64,000 bases of DNA, taken from assembly GCF_009914755.1 (NCBI RefSeq), contig NC_060928.1; one strand, given 5' to 3'. This document shows, one piece after another, positions 1-20,007 of this stretch. How positions within the stretch are numbered: position 1 is the stretch's first letter; every line of letters starts with the position of its first letter. Position numbers and translations under genes: made by a program. The DNA is from the human T2T-CHM13v2.0 reference genome, Homo sapiens. The notes beneath the pieces are model-generated. The model was not told the origin of the DNA. It searched no databases and saw nothing but the letters and a program-made list of their open reading frames with translations.

Positions 1-1846
<1,846 letters not shown>

Positions 1847-2220
1847 GCATCTTTCTTAGAATTAACTCTCTTATTGTAGTTTCCTAAATCAACAAGCCAG
1901 ATGGAAGGACAAGAAGCTTCACTCAAATTGGCTTCAGTATGGGTTTACAAAAATAGCTTATCTATTTTTATACATTATATATTATATATATTTTATACAT
2001 TATATATTTTTATATTGCTTATCCTTTCCCTCTCTATTCACTCCATTTGATCTATGCAGACATTTATCTCCTTCTCCCACTCTTGCTACTCTCCCCTCCA
2101 TAATCCAGACTGTAGCTTTACTGATTTTCAATGTCTTCATTTTACCACCTATAGACCTCCATCTAGTATCTAGTACCAATAATTTATATTTGATTTTATA
2201 TCAGTTTTAAAATGTTCCGT

Positions 2221-3122
2221 GAGGAGCCAAGATGGCCGAATAGGAACAGCTCCAGTCTACAGCTCCCAGCGTGAGCGACGCAGAAGACGGGTGATTTCTG
2301 CATTTCCATCTGAGGTACCGGGTTCATCTCACTAGGGAGTGCCAGAGAGTGGGCACAGGCCAGTGGGTGCACGCACCGTGCGCGAGCCGAAGCAGGGCGA
2401 GGCATTGCCTCACCTGGGAAGCGCAAGGGGTCAGGGAGTTCCCTTTCCGAGTCAAAGAAAGGGGTGACGGACGCACCTGGAAAATCGGGTCACTCTCACC
2501 CGAATATTGCGCTTTTCAGACCGGCTTAAAAAACGGCGCACCACGGGACTATATCCCACACCTGGCTCGGAGGGTCCTACACCCACGGAGTCTCGCTGAT
2601 TGCTAGCACAGTAGTCTGAGATCAAACTGCAAGGCAGCAGCAAGGCTGGGGGAGGGGCGCCCACCATTGCCCAGGCTTGATTAGGTAAACAAAGCAGCCG
2701 GGAAGCTCGAACTGGGTGGAGACCACCACAGCTCAAGGAGGCCTGCCTGCCTCTGTAGGCTCCACCTCTGGGGGCAGGGCACAGACAAACAAAAAGACAG
2801 CAGTAACCTCTGCAGACTTAAATGTCCCTGTCTGACAGCTTTGAAGAAAGAAATGGTTCTCCCAGCACGCAGCTGGAGTTCTGAGAACGGGCAGACTGCC
2901 TCCTCAAGTGGGTCCCTGACCCCTGACCCCCGAGCAGCCTAACTCAGAGGCACCCCCCAGCAGGGGCACACTGACACCTCACACGGCAGGGTATTCCAAC
3001 ACACCTGCAGCTGAGGGTCCTGTCTGTTAGAAGGAAAACTAACAAACAGAAAGGACATCCACACCGAAAACCCATCTGTACATCACCATCATCAAAGACC
3101 AAAAGTAGATAAAACCACAAAG
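2221..3122 (+). promoter_or_regulatory. L1 5'UTR internal sense promoter and antisense promoter; CpG-rich; intact YY1 site
   Basis: YY1 motif aagatggccg at 2229-2238. CpG density at 2221-2720 is far above the flanks. The ASP position (~2620-2820) is taken from established L1 biology. Confidence 0.85.
2452..2667 (-). CDS. ORF0: L1 ORF0, 71 aa, intact
   Basis: ATG at 2667-2665 gives MVGAPPPALLLPCSLISDYCASNQRDSVGVGPSEPGVGYSPVVRRFLSRSEKRNIRVRVTRFSRCVRHPFL*, matching primate L1 ORF0p. Both CAG|GTG donors are present. Confidence 0.9.
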   Translation of the reverse strand: MVGAPPPALLLPCSLISDYCASNQRDSVGVGPSEPGVGYSPVVRRFLSRSEKRNIRVRVTRFSRCVRHPFL

Positions 3123-4135
3123 ATGGGGAAAAAACAGAACAGAAAAACTGGAAACTCTAAAACGCAGAGCGCCTCTCCTCCTCCAAAGGAACGTAGTTCC
3201 TCACCAGCAACGGAACAAAGCTGGATGGAGAATGACTTTGACGAGCTGAGAGAAGAAGGCTTCAGACGATCAAATTACTCTGAGCTACGGGAGGACATTC
3301 AAACCAAAGGCAAAGAAGTTGAAAACTTTGAAAAAAATTTAGAAGAATGTATAACTAGAATAACCAATACAGAGAAGTGCTTCAGCTGATGGAGCTGAAA
3401 ACCAAGGCTCGAGAACTACGTGAAGAATGCAGAAGCCTCAGGAGCCGATGCGATCAACTGGAAGAAAGGGTATCAGCAATGGAAGATGAAATGAATGAAA
3501 TGAAGCGAGAAGGGAAGTTTAGAGAAAAAAGAATAAAAAGAAATGAGCAAAGCCTCCAAGAAATATGGGACTATGTGAAAAGACCAAATCTACGTCTGAT
3601 TGGTGTACCCGAAAGTGATGCGGAGAATGGAACCAAGTTGGAAAACACTCTGCAGGATATTATCCAGGAGAACTTCCCCAATCTAGCAAGGCAGGCCAAC
3701 GTTCAGATTCAGGAAATACAGAGAACGCCACAAAGATACTCCTCGAGAAGAGCAACTCCAAGACACATAATTGTCAGATTCACCAAAGTTGAAATGAAGG
3801 AAAAAATGTTAAGGGCAGCCAGAGAGAAAGGTCGGGTTACCGTCAAAGGGAAGCCCATCAGACTAACAGCGGATCTCTCGGCAGAAACCCTACAAGCCAG
3901 AAGAGAGTGGGGGCCAATATTCAACATTCTTAAAGAAAAGAATTTTCAACCCAGAATTTCATATCCAGCCAAACTAAGCTTCATAAGTGAAGGAGAAATA
4001 AAATACTTTACAGACAAGCAAATGCTGAGAGATTTTGTCACCACCAAGCCTGCCCTAAAAGAGCTCCTGAAGGAAGTGCTAAACATGGAAAGGCACAACC
4101 GGTACCAGCCGCTGCAAAATCATGCCAAAATGTAA
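3123..4135 (+). pseudogene. L1 ORF1p, frameshifted
   Basis: MGKKQNRKTG…QNHAKM* is split into two frames. tgcttcagctg at ~3378-3388 replaces consensus tgcttaaaggagctg (net -4 nt; 1013 vs 1017 nt). Confidence 0.97.
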
Positions 4136-4171
4136 AGACTATCGAGACTAGGAAGAAACTGCATCAACTAA

Positions 4172-8024
<3,853 letters not shown>

Positions 8025-10364
8025 ACAATGAGATCACCTGGACACATGAAGGGGAATACCACACTCTGGGGACTGTGGTGGGGTGGGGGGAGGGGGGAGG
8101 GATAGCATTGGGAGATATACCTAAGGCTAGATGATGAGTTAGTGGGTGCAGTGCACCAGCATGGCACATGTATACATATGTAACTAACCTGCACAATGTG
8201 CACATGTACCCTAAAACTTAAAGTATATAAAAAAAAAATGTTCCGTGATTCAGTTCAATTATTATAACTGGGGTTTGGAATATTATTGTCTCTTCTTGAA
8301 TTTTGGTTCTTTTTCTTCTTCTAGCTAATGTGAAAGCTTTCTAAACCCTCGATCTACATACCCTCCAAGCTAAAGTCCTCCAAGACCATATCTAGAATGT
8401 GATTTTTCTATTTTCTTGATTCAAGACAAGAAAATAAAATGAGACATAATTTTGAGCATTCATCAGAAGAGTATAACTTTAAAATCAAATAGTACCTGGT
8501 GGTAGTGAGTATATTACTAGAAGGAAAGGATATTGCTACTATGACTACATGGCTGTCTTTTCATAGTCATGAAGGTTATGGAGAAGAAAAAGGACTTCCT
8601 TGTAAAATGATGCTCTAAAGACTGCAAACTTTTTGGAGATGATAGGTTCTGTGAGAGTTTTTGCCTTTTTTTTTTAGATTTATAAAATATTAGTTTGTGA
8701 CATGTTATTTTCAATTATCAATGAATGTCTTCATTTTTTGTGTGTTTTCATTCCCTTCATCTTCACAACCCAATATCTCATTCTATTCCCTTTTTCACTC
8801 TAAGCACCCAAGCTTGAGTTGGTATTTACCCAAATGGTACTAACTTCTAATTCTGCTCACTTTTCCCAAAAAACATTAGGCATCTCAGATTGATCCATAT
8901 TATATTTATAGTCCTAGTTCATACATTTTAACTATGTTATTTTTGTGCATATAATAATGTTTAGTTGGACATTAATTGAGTATTTCCATTGTTTCCAACT
9001 CTTAAGCCATTACAATTAAAAATAGTTCTCTGATAGATATCCTTATCCATGATTATTTGGGCACTGATCTAAGAGCTTCTCTGGGATATGTATTAATACC
9101 TTCAGACAGGAGATTATGCATACTTGATTTCACTAAATATTCAAATTGGTCTCCTGAATGGTTGCCGCAATATCATTTTCTTCCAGTAATATGCTACTAG
9201 CACTGGAAGCTATCTGACTTTTTAAGTTTTACTCCTCTGATGAGTGCACAAAATTATGTCTCATTTTAATTTTGCATTGTCTGATTACTAATAAATGTGA
9301 GCACTTCTCTATGAAAGTGCCATTTAAGTTTTCCCCCTGAAAATTATCTACTCATATCATTTGGTCACTTCTGTATTGGGTTGCTTGACAGTTTCTTCCT
9401 GATTTGCAGGAATTCTTTACACATTTTAGCTATTAATCCTTTTTATTTACATATTTAAAAGTCATATTCCTCCAGTTGTTAACTCGTTTTTTAATGTCTA
9501 CATATGGTATCCATTGTTAAACAGAAGTATTTAAGCCTACTGTAATCAAATCCATCTATCTTTCTGTATTTGTGATTTGTGCTTTTTTTGTTTCTGGTTT
9601 AAGAAATCTTCCACAGACCCAAGGTCATAATGATATTCTTCTGAATTTTGTTCTAATAGTTGTATAACATTTCCTTTCATTTCTAGGCTTTTATTTAATT
9701 TTGATTTTAATTTTTTATAGGTGGGAGAATGAAGCCCATTTCCAAACAGCATTTATTAATAATCTTTTTCTCACCCAGTTATGAAGCCACTACTACTGTC
9801 CATGTATATATGCATATATATGTGTAAATATATATACACACACATATTCATATGACTGTCTCATATGTATGTATACATGCACACACGTAATATGCTCATT
9901 TAATTATGCAGTAAAACAGTATCTTATTATCTGGTCAGATAAGTTTCTCCCTCTTTTATTTTTGTGGGTGTAAAAGGTCTTAACTATTCAGAAACAGTCT
10001 TCTATAAATTTTAGGGTTATTTTACTTAATTCTCAGTGGGATTTTGAAAAAAATTCATAACGTTTATAGTTTAATTTGGGAAGAACTAACATCTTTATGA
10101 TGTTAAACTTTCTCATTCATGAATATGTTATATAGCCATTTTTTAACTTAGCAGCTATTTCCTAAATATTCATTGCCATTATAATTGATATTTTATTATA
10201 TATTATATCTTCTGATTGCTACTATTAAAAAGGAATACTATTGATTTTTGTATATTTATTTTATATCCTAGAAATTTGCCAAGCTGCCTCATATTCTAAT
10301 AGTTTATTATTGATGAAAATAACAGTTTAGTGTCATCTCTTCCATTTTTTGAATCTTTTATGTA

Positions 10365-10575
10365 AGGTAGTGTTATGAGTGGAGACGCAGAAGCCAAACT
10401 TCCTGACCCTGATGCTTATTAGCTGTATGACCTTGAGCAAGATACTTGATATCTCTGAGTCCCAAATATTTTCATCTGAATTATGGAGCTAGTGATAGGA
10501 CCTCCTCATAGGTTCTTGTGATTATTAAATAATTTAATGCATATAAAGAAACTAAAATAGTGTTGGTAAATTATT
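10365..10575 (+). mobile_element. MIR
   Basis: MIR core cttattagctgtatgaccttgagcaagatacttgatatctctgagtcc. Confidence 0.75.
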
Positions 10576-12259
10576 ACTGCATTGGTAAATTTTAACTGCA
10601 TTGTTGAATTGAATAGCAGCAAAGATAGACATTCTTGCTTTATTCTAAGGCTTAGGCAGGATGATTCTAAGTCTTCTCCACTGGGTACAATGATCAGTGT
10701 TGGGTTTTGGTAGCTAATCTTTTCTGGATAAAGGGAGTCCCATTTTATTCCTGGTTATCTGAGAGTTTTATCTGGTACATTTTAATATGTATATTTATTA
10801 ATATTTTCTTAAATGCCAACACAGGCTTCTGGAGCATAGCAGGTTAATTATTATGCTTACATAATAAAAAGCACACTAGTCCCCTTTGCCTCAATTCATA
10901 ACTCTTGAAGGTGGCACGATGAGAGCTATATATTTTCCAACATGTTAGCGGACCTTCTGTGGGCAAGGAACCTTAAAAATACATCTCTGGATGCTTACAT
11001 GCATGCTTTCCCACTTCCCATGAGAGCATCTCCTTGCAAATTTATTGAGAAGAGTCCTGGATCCTCACTCTTTGTAATGTAAATAAATCTAAGGAAAAGA
11101 TAAGAAAGGTATCTCCAGCTTTACCATCCAGCAATGTTTCCATGTCTTCCAGTCACATCACCCCTTTGGAGATAAACACATACTTGCAGGGAAGTGAATC
11201 TCCCTGGAGTGTTCTCTTGCTAATCAGTCACAAATTGACTTATATGGATTGCTCTTTTAACCCAGGTCCCGAGCTTTAGTTACATTTTCTCAGAAAAACC
11301 CTAACTGTGCATAAATTACAATATCATAAATAGATATTGAATTTCATCCCCACATTACCATAAGTAGACATTGAACTTTATCAAATGCTTTTTAAATTTT
11401 GCCCTCACATTATCGTCAATAAATATGAAACTTTCAAATGCTTTTTCTACATCGATTTAGAAGGTCATATAAATTTTTGCCTTTCCTATGAATAGGTAGT
11501 AAACCGTATCAACAGATTTTCCAATTTCAAACCATATTGCATTCCCTTCTTGACAAAAATCCTACTTGATCTTGATATAATACACTATTAGGTGTTTCTA
11601 GCTAACATTTTATATAGATTTGATATCTCTATTTTGATAAGTAAAAATGGCCAATAAGTAGCTTTTCTTACATTGTTCTCATCTGGTTTTGGCTTTAAGA
11701 TTAGACTACATTTCAAATGATTTGAGCAACTATATTTTTTAATCTGTAAAACAATATGTTTAAGAGAAAAATGATCTATTTTTTGAAAATTGGGTAGGGC
11801 TTCCTTATAAAACTATCTATCTCTGGTACTTTTAAGGGATGGAGAAATAGGGGGTATTCTTATTATAAATTTAAATAATCTAATAGAAATTATTCCATTG
11901 AACCCTTCTATGTTTAATTAGAATGTCTGTATCTTCTTGGGCCAATACTGATCAGTATAATTTTTTTCCAGAAATGTATGTGTTTTCACAGAAGTCCCAA
12001 ATTTACTGGGATTCATCTGTGAGTTGAAATATTTTTATCTGTAGCTATTGTCCTTTCTGATTCCATATTATTTTCTCTATCAGTCTTGCCAGAAATCTAT
12101 CAGTCTTTTAAATTTTCTTACCTTAATAATTAATTGGTCTTGCTAATCATCTATTTAGATATTCTTCCCTAGATAGGATGATTTATGCCTTTTATATTTA
12201 TTATTTCTTTTATTCCTACTTCTTTAGTTTATATTTATCATCCTTTTCTATATTCTTGA

Positions 12260-12571
<312 letters not shown>

Positions 12572-14612
12572 GCTTATCTACTTTTTATTCCTTGTTGTAT
12601 TCTGATAAATACACTAAGCTATAAATTTATTTTAAAAGTGATGTAAGTTGCATTGGACTAATTTTGTTACATAGTACATTGTAATTCACTGCCAAGCATT
12701 TTTTAAGGCCTTTTACAATTTGGGGTCAAGATGTATGTTTTTTATTTTTTAGTCATACGATTATTTGAGTTTCCAAGGACTCAACTGGGTGTATGAAATA
12801 ATGCAGTAATAAGATATTCAAGAGTATTTGTAAATGTGATACATGGTTGTTCAATAGAACACGTTAACATAGATTGCATTGAGAATGCATCAACTGAAAG
12901 CTAAATTACAATTTAACTTTGAAATTAATTGAAAAGATGGTGGGTTGATGAGCAAATCAGTTTGAAACAGAAGACTAAGTTTCCTCTTTTCCAAATAGCC
13001 CAGAGATGAAATAATACCTCACTTCTGCCCCCAAAATCCTTGGACAATGACAAAATGGTCTAGTTAACTTTTACATAGGTGCCAGATACTTCAATAAACA
13101 TTTATTTGAAGAATGTTAAGGCATCTCTGTGTGTTTCCTCATTTATAAAACAAAGGGTAATGACTAGATTGTGCTAAAGTAGTTGGTTGTGACTTGTTTA
13201 AGCCAATCCACCAGGAAATAAGGAATCTACACCTCAGAATATAAATAAAGCAGTACTTCATCAAGAAAGCTTTCCTTTTCATCTAGGGAAAGGAAATAAT
13301 AGTGTGATCGATGAAGATGATTTCTAGTTTCCTTTTTAATTCTAAGTATGATGATTTGATTGATAGTAGTTTATGAGGCTTTCTAATTTTGTAAAAGTTC
13401 TAAATGTCAGAAGTTTTGCTATAATTTGCATAGCCCTTATCGCATAAAAGCTGTTCCTGTTAATTTTTTCAGATTTCTTAAAGTGCTTTGATTCTTTATA
13501 GGTTGTCATTGTTAAAAATTTTGTTTCTTCTAGTCTTTCACATATCAATGCTGTCATCATCATGTAAGTCATCTTTGCAGAAGTGGAAAGCAGGGAGAAG
13601 ACCTAAATTAGACTAAAGTAGAGACAATGAAGTACATTATCATTTCTGTGCCCTGATGGCACAGGGAAGGCAGTTGCAAGAACATTAGATTAGTTGATAA
13701 ATTACAGAACCTGGAAAATCGGTACATCTCTATTTTGCTTAACTAACTACATTGTTCCAAGTGTTTCCTGGGGATGTGTATAAGGGAAAGGAAGTTCGTC
13801 CTCAACATATCTTCATTGATAACCTTCTGAATTGCCTTTTCCTTCCTCTTAGATGAGTAGTTGATATTTTTCTTCTCAATCCAAACCTCTTTGTTTAAAT
13901 GGTTGTCACATTACAGTATTCTGTTGGAAAGAATTAGAGTCAACATATGATTACACAATGTTTCCACCAAAGTAAGTGAGGGGAAAAAACAATAAAATAG
14001 TTGATGTATGTTTTAGTGCAAGATATTTTTTAAATGTGCCTTCAAACCCTCTCCAGCCAACTCACTGGCCTGCAAATTACCCTAGGAACTTTTTTAAATG
14101 CTGGATACAATTTTATAGAAATAGCATAGAATAATTTTCATTGATTATTCAATGGGGCTGGAGAAGAAGTTAGAGGTATATGACCTTTTAAAAACTCCAC
14201 AGATGATAGTGCAGTGAAACTGCTAATCATGGTTTTAGAAAGGACTTCATATACTTAGTTCTTTAGCCCAACTACATATTCAATTCTTAAACTAATCAGC
14301 AACACCCTATCAAGCTTGACGCCACATGATTAGACCCCCTTAGTGACAGTAAACTCACTTTCCAAAGCAAACTGTTTCAACTTTAGAGAATTCAGAGTAT
14401 AAGAAATCACTCCAAAATTAGTCTCATGGCAGCTTCCAAAATTGGTCTCATGTCTTTCCAGTGGAGCTATTTAAAACAAATTCAATTCACTTTACCCAAG
14501 ATGGTCTTTCAAATATTTCAAGTAAATTTTAAGAGACCCTATTCCAGGCCCAAAGCTTCATTTCTTAGCCTATTTTCTTGTGGCCCTCTGAACATGCTAC
14601 AGTAGAGCTGCA

Positions 14613-14910
<298 letters not shown>

Positions 14911-15961
14911 CAGAGCTGCTTGTAAAAGCCATCCTTAAAATAGGCGAAATCCTTCATATGAAATCTCAGAAACTAGATCAAAACTATTTTCTCTCAATAT
15001 AGATGCTGTGTTTCAATAAATACGTTTTGACTATTTGCCATTTGAACTATTCTTTGTGGAATCTATATCACAAAAATAGCCCACCTTTAATTTGAATAAC
15101 CTAAAATTTCTAAATTGACATGCCATGTTTTACAAATTTATACTTGCTGCTAACTTTGGCCCTAACAGAAGAATGTTCTATTGATCACTAGAAATATCTA
15201 TCCTATTGGAATTGATTTATTGTCATCACTTACCACCAGGTTTTATTTTGATTCTCACATCATTTGTAGTCACTGCTCATCTCTGCTTCTGTGCTGCCCC
15301 TGTATTCATCCACATCATCCATGAAAATGCTCTAGAGAAGCAAGACAAGGATAGAGCTATGTCACTGACAATAAGATTGTCTTCCAGGCTCTTATGGGTT
15401 CATTGATTCAGTGGTGCTGATTAGTATCCTCAGAGCATGTTTCTTCCACAGTTGCTAATTTCTTTAGTTGTATTATACTAGTTTCTGGTTCATATTTCTC
15501 CACTACTTTCAGATGAACACAACAAGAACCTCTTTCCAAATATTTGGGTCCAAATATTCTAAGCTTACCATATTATCCTGACAAACCTTCCTGTGGGAAA
15601 AACAAATGAGGCCAGTGTGACCTAAAGTGGTTCTACTAACCTTTGATGTTCTTGGTAAGTGCTGTTTTTCGCTCACAGTATACTGAACCATCCTTTTAAT
15701 AGTCTGCCCTAGAATCTTGCCCAAATTTAATGACAAAAATCAATCCATCAACATCAGGCATGCCTAGACTCTCCCCATGTTTCTTACAGAGTTTACTATA
15801 TTTTATTATAATTGTTTATAGATATGTTACCAAAGGCAAGAACTGCATCTAAGGACAGTGCCTGGCATATGAAATATCTGTTGAATGAATACGTTAAAAT
15901 CCTTCTCACATTTTTTAGCAATTAAAATTAAAGGCATTGCAAGGATTTTAGATGATAGGAA

Positions 15962-16437
15962 TGGTAGACAAACTCTAAGATGATGCCCATGTGCGTGCCT
16001 TCTGATATTTACACCTTTGATTAGCCTTCCTTTTGAGTGTGAGTAGGACCTGTGCCTTGCTTCTAACTAGTTGAACACAGCAAAGGTGATGGGATGCATG
16101 GGATTATAAGTACATGATTACATTAAACAACATGGTAATGCTCATCTTGGGAAGTGAGTCCTTCTTCCTTGCTGGTTTTGAAAGGGTAAGAAGCCATGTT
16201 GGAAAGAAATACATGGCCAAGAAACTGAGGGCAGCCCCACATCAACGGCCAGCAAAAAACTGAGGCCCTCAATCCAACTACCCACAAGGAACTAAATGTT
16301 GCCAAAAACTATGTGAGCTTGGAAACAAATCCTTCTTCAGGCAAACCTCAGATGAGACTATAGACCACTGACTCCCTTAATTTGAGCCTTAGTAATGACC
16401 CGCTAGCCATGCCTGGGCTTCTGACCCACAGAAGCTA
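15962..16437 (+). mobile_element. MaLR LTR (MLT1E/F-like), 3' part lost
   Basis: tggtagacaaactctaagatg…gagtgtgagtaggacctgtg…ccacatcaacggccagcaaaaaactgaggccctc…ctgacccacagaa. Confidence 0.75.
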
Positions 16438-18416
16438 CATATCCAAATGATCTAGGAAGCTTTATAAGTATATACATGTTCCAACCTCAAACTTCAACTA
16501 TTCTGAAAAAAAAAAAGAAAAGAAAAGAAAAGCCTTGCAGGTGATTCTGGTTGAGAACCCCTGACCTAAACTAATCAATTTTAATACAAAAATTAAAAAT
16601 AAAATTATGCAAGAGTAGGTAAACAAAACAAAACAAAAAGATATTCTAAATGAATAGAAAGGACAAGAAAGATATGCTCCAGAAATGGCCACGAAGGGTG
16701 TTGAGGGTGTAATTTGTACATTGTACAAATTGTACGTTCAGATTTTGCCTTTCCCTAAAGATTCCTTCAGCACGCTGTGTTGAAGTATGGCTATCAGTAT
16801 TCCACTGACAAGACAGAGCTCCACATTTTTGCTATTTTGTTCACATTTATCTTAAAAATCTTGGTTTCCCTAGGGCTATCTCTGACCTCTAGCTCTCGAT
16901 TCTAGAACCACCTTTCTTATCTGAGATTATAGATTTTGAGTGCATCTAGGTCATCCCTGCTTATCATGTAATATCCTTTCCTAAGGTACGCTCCTGCCTT
17001 TCTTGTAAAACAACCTTCTCTTAGGTCCCTTTTACATGCCCCCATTTTTAAACAATATCTGTGCTATGCATGTTAACTCGTCACCACCTCAACGCCCATC
17101 TTTCAATGAGTACTCTGGGAAAACGTTTTTATTATCCTGAAGCAAGAGCCTCTGAAGTTACACTGAGAAAAGTTTCAGTTATATCAATGTCTATTGCTGC
17201 AGGGGTACATTTTTCACCTAATTTCTCTGATATCTGTTCTCTTAGCTACCCTGAAGGAGATAAGCTGTTCTATTAACAAACAGGGCAGGCTATGTCTTCC
17301 TAGTTATCTCTAAACTGAACTATATTTCCACTAATTAAATTGGACTCCCTCTACTGAAGAATCAGAGCCTACACTTGAGGCTTTCTTCTAAATTTGTGTT
17401 CACTCTTTCCCTTTAAATCTTCCCATCAGCTTGCCTTGAAACTAATATGTCCCCCTCAAACCTCTGCTTGTTCTCTTTGTCCAAGGGCTTACATATGCCT
17501 CAAAGTTGTGGTTAGACTCAAGCTTGTCTCTAAAAGGATATATCCAGTACATCACTTTTTTTCGGATAATTCTAACTTTTCCTTTAGCCTTTTGGAAAAC
17601 TTTCTAACTTTCCTTTATCTCTCCATTTCTACTGGGAAGAGAAAACTGCTTTCTGCTGCTGATGGTTTAAAAAATAATAATTTCTTATTAAAAATAGTCA
17701 TGCGTAGCTATGCAACACATTTTAGAACAGCCTACCAGGCCAAATATATAGAAACAATCTTACAATAAGTAAAAGTAAGTTACAGATCAGATTTGCATTT
17801 CGAATAAGTTCATTTAACAAGTTAAAGCCTTCTAATCCCAGACTACGGAGGATGTAAAGTATAGACACCCTTTACCAGCGCAATAACAATGACCCCTAGA
17901 ACTACTAGCCTATCTATTTACCCAGCAAGAAAAAACAGGCATGCATTAAGAGTAAGTGGGAACACGAGGATTTGTATCCCTTGCTTCCCCTTCTCTATCC
18001 TTCAGGTGACCCCAAGAGTCACACTGCCGGTAGCATTTCTATCACAATAAGACTGCTACTGCTCCATGAATGTGGCCTACATGGAAAAAATTAGAGATCT
18101 GCACCCTAATAGCAAAACAAATCCAATTATGTACCAGCAATTTGAATGCCTTTCCAAGATTGAAGTAGCTCACTAAACCTCAGACAGTAAGGATCCAGGG
18201 AGCATGTTTATTTATTTATACCATGCCTCCCTCCAAATAGGATTTGAAGCAGTTCAGTGAGCCTGTTAATAATGCTTATTCTCAAAACCCTATTTACTGT
18301 GTTGTGCTGCAGCAGATATCATTACCCCTGTTTGCTCTTAGAAAACCTGACTCTGGGGAGGGTAGTTTGTTTATTGTGGGATTTTCTGAAATTCAGAAGG
18401 GATCTTGAGGTCTGAC

Positions 18417-18447
<31 letters not shown>

Positions 18448-19878
18448 CCATGGGATATGTGAGAAGAAGGGAAGGAAAGAACCCAAACATTGGGGTGGAA
18501 CCACCCTGGTAGGGGAGGGCAAGAGGAACCGAACCAACAAGGTTCTAGGATTCCCAGGATAGTGCTGATCATAGAGATCAGGGCCCACAGGGGGTCCTAG
18601 CCAGGAAATGGGACTTGGAAAATTATTGAAGAACTGTGCTCCTGACACCAGAGAATGTTGCCTATGTATTCAATTATTAATTTTTTCTTTTTGATATTTG
18701 TGATTAGGGCACTGTGGAGTTTGGAAACTTCTGCTGCCTAGAAATGACTATTTTCCATGTTTCTGGGTGGGAATTCAGGTGGAGAGAGAAAAGGCATTGC
18801 TGAGGGCTCACCAGGCATCACATATTGTGATGGGTATTTTGCATATAGAGTTTCAACAGATCCCAATAAGAAATCTGCAAAATTGGAGTTATTGTTCCCC
18901 TTTTGTAGATGAGGAAACTGATGCAGAGAGAGAGCCAATTCATCAGAGGCAGCTAATAACTGACAAAGCTGAAAGTAGAATATTTAAAAATAAAGGATCT
19001 AGATAAGACCTTTGTGTAAGAGAAAAACTTCTGAGTGATTTCTTACACTGTGCTCAGCATATAGTAGGCACAAGGCTATAGTGTCTGCTTGCAAAATTGA
19101 CACAAAAATATAAAAATAAGCCATTCAATAGATATTGACTGAGTGCCTACTATGTGCCAGACACTATGAATCAACATAGAATAAATTCTACACTAAAATT
19201 ACAATTAGAATGTAAATCGGCTTTAATCTATGAAAATGAAATTAGGCCAGCAGGGAGTCTATCAAATGAGACTATTAAAATACATCCCATAAGAGGAAGA
19301 GCAAGCAGGAAAAAATCAGGCGAAGGGACGATGAGATAATGTAATTTTAAAATTGGCTCTTGTTCTCCTGAAATACTTTTAAGATATTACTGCAAAATTA
19401 CACAGTCAACAGGAATATGTCATTTTTAAAAGACTTTCTCACTCAGGTCAGTGCATAAATAATAATATGTTTTTTAAAATGTATGACTATTCATTAAACC
19501 ATTGACCACTTCCAGCCTATTAAGTATGTAAGTATTTTAAAAATTACTTTAATACATATTTACCCAATAGACCAGAAAAGTTCCTTTGGTCCACGATGTG
19601 CATTTTAAAAGCTGCCTACACAAGGAGTTATCTGATTGAAGCTAGAGCCTGCTGCCAACTACATAATACGCATTTTAAAGAACAACCTAATTATGTGCTT
19701 ACCCAAGAGAACAAAGTTAATACTGAGGGTCAATAGTTATTACCTTCCTTTACCATCTTTTATTCTTTTCTGTCAAATAAAATGGGAGGGGAAGTTTATG
19801 TCTGCTCTCTTATCTATTTTCTCTTGACAACTCATGTTCCAATGTTTTTTTCACCCCTACCTTCAAAAAAACAAAATA

Positions 19879-20007
19879 AAGGAAGGAAGGAAGGAAAGAA
19901 AGAAGGGAGGAAGGAAGAGAAGGAGGAAGGGAGCATGGGAGTAAGGAAAGGAGGTAGAGAAAGAAGGTGGCAAGAAGGAAGGAGAGAAAGGCAAAAAAAA
20001 AAACAAA
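19879..20007 (+). repeat. Degenerate (GGAA)n polypurine tract
   Basis: aaggaaggaaggaaggaaagaaagaagggaggaagg… seen directly. Confidence 0.9.

Noticed and set aside
14411-14452. 18-bp direct repeat tccaaaatt(a/g)gtctcatg
   Set aside because: Only two copies with a 6-bp spacer; an ordinary local duplication, not an array.
18300-18450. Orphan 28-nt poly(A) as the tail of a retrocopy or transduction
   Set aside because: No TSD, no upstream AATAAA and no recognisable parent; a simple mononucleotide expansion is sufficient.
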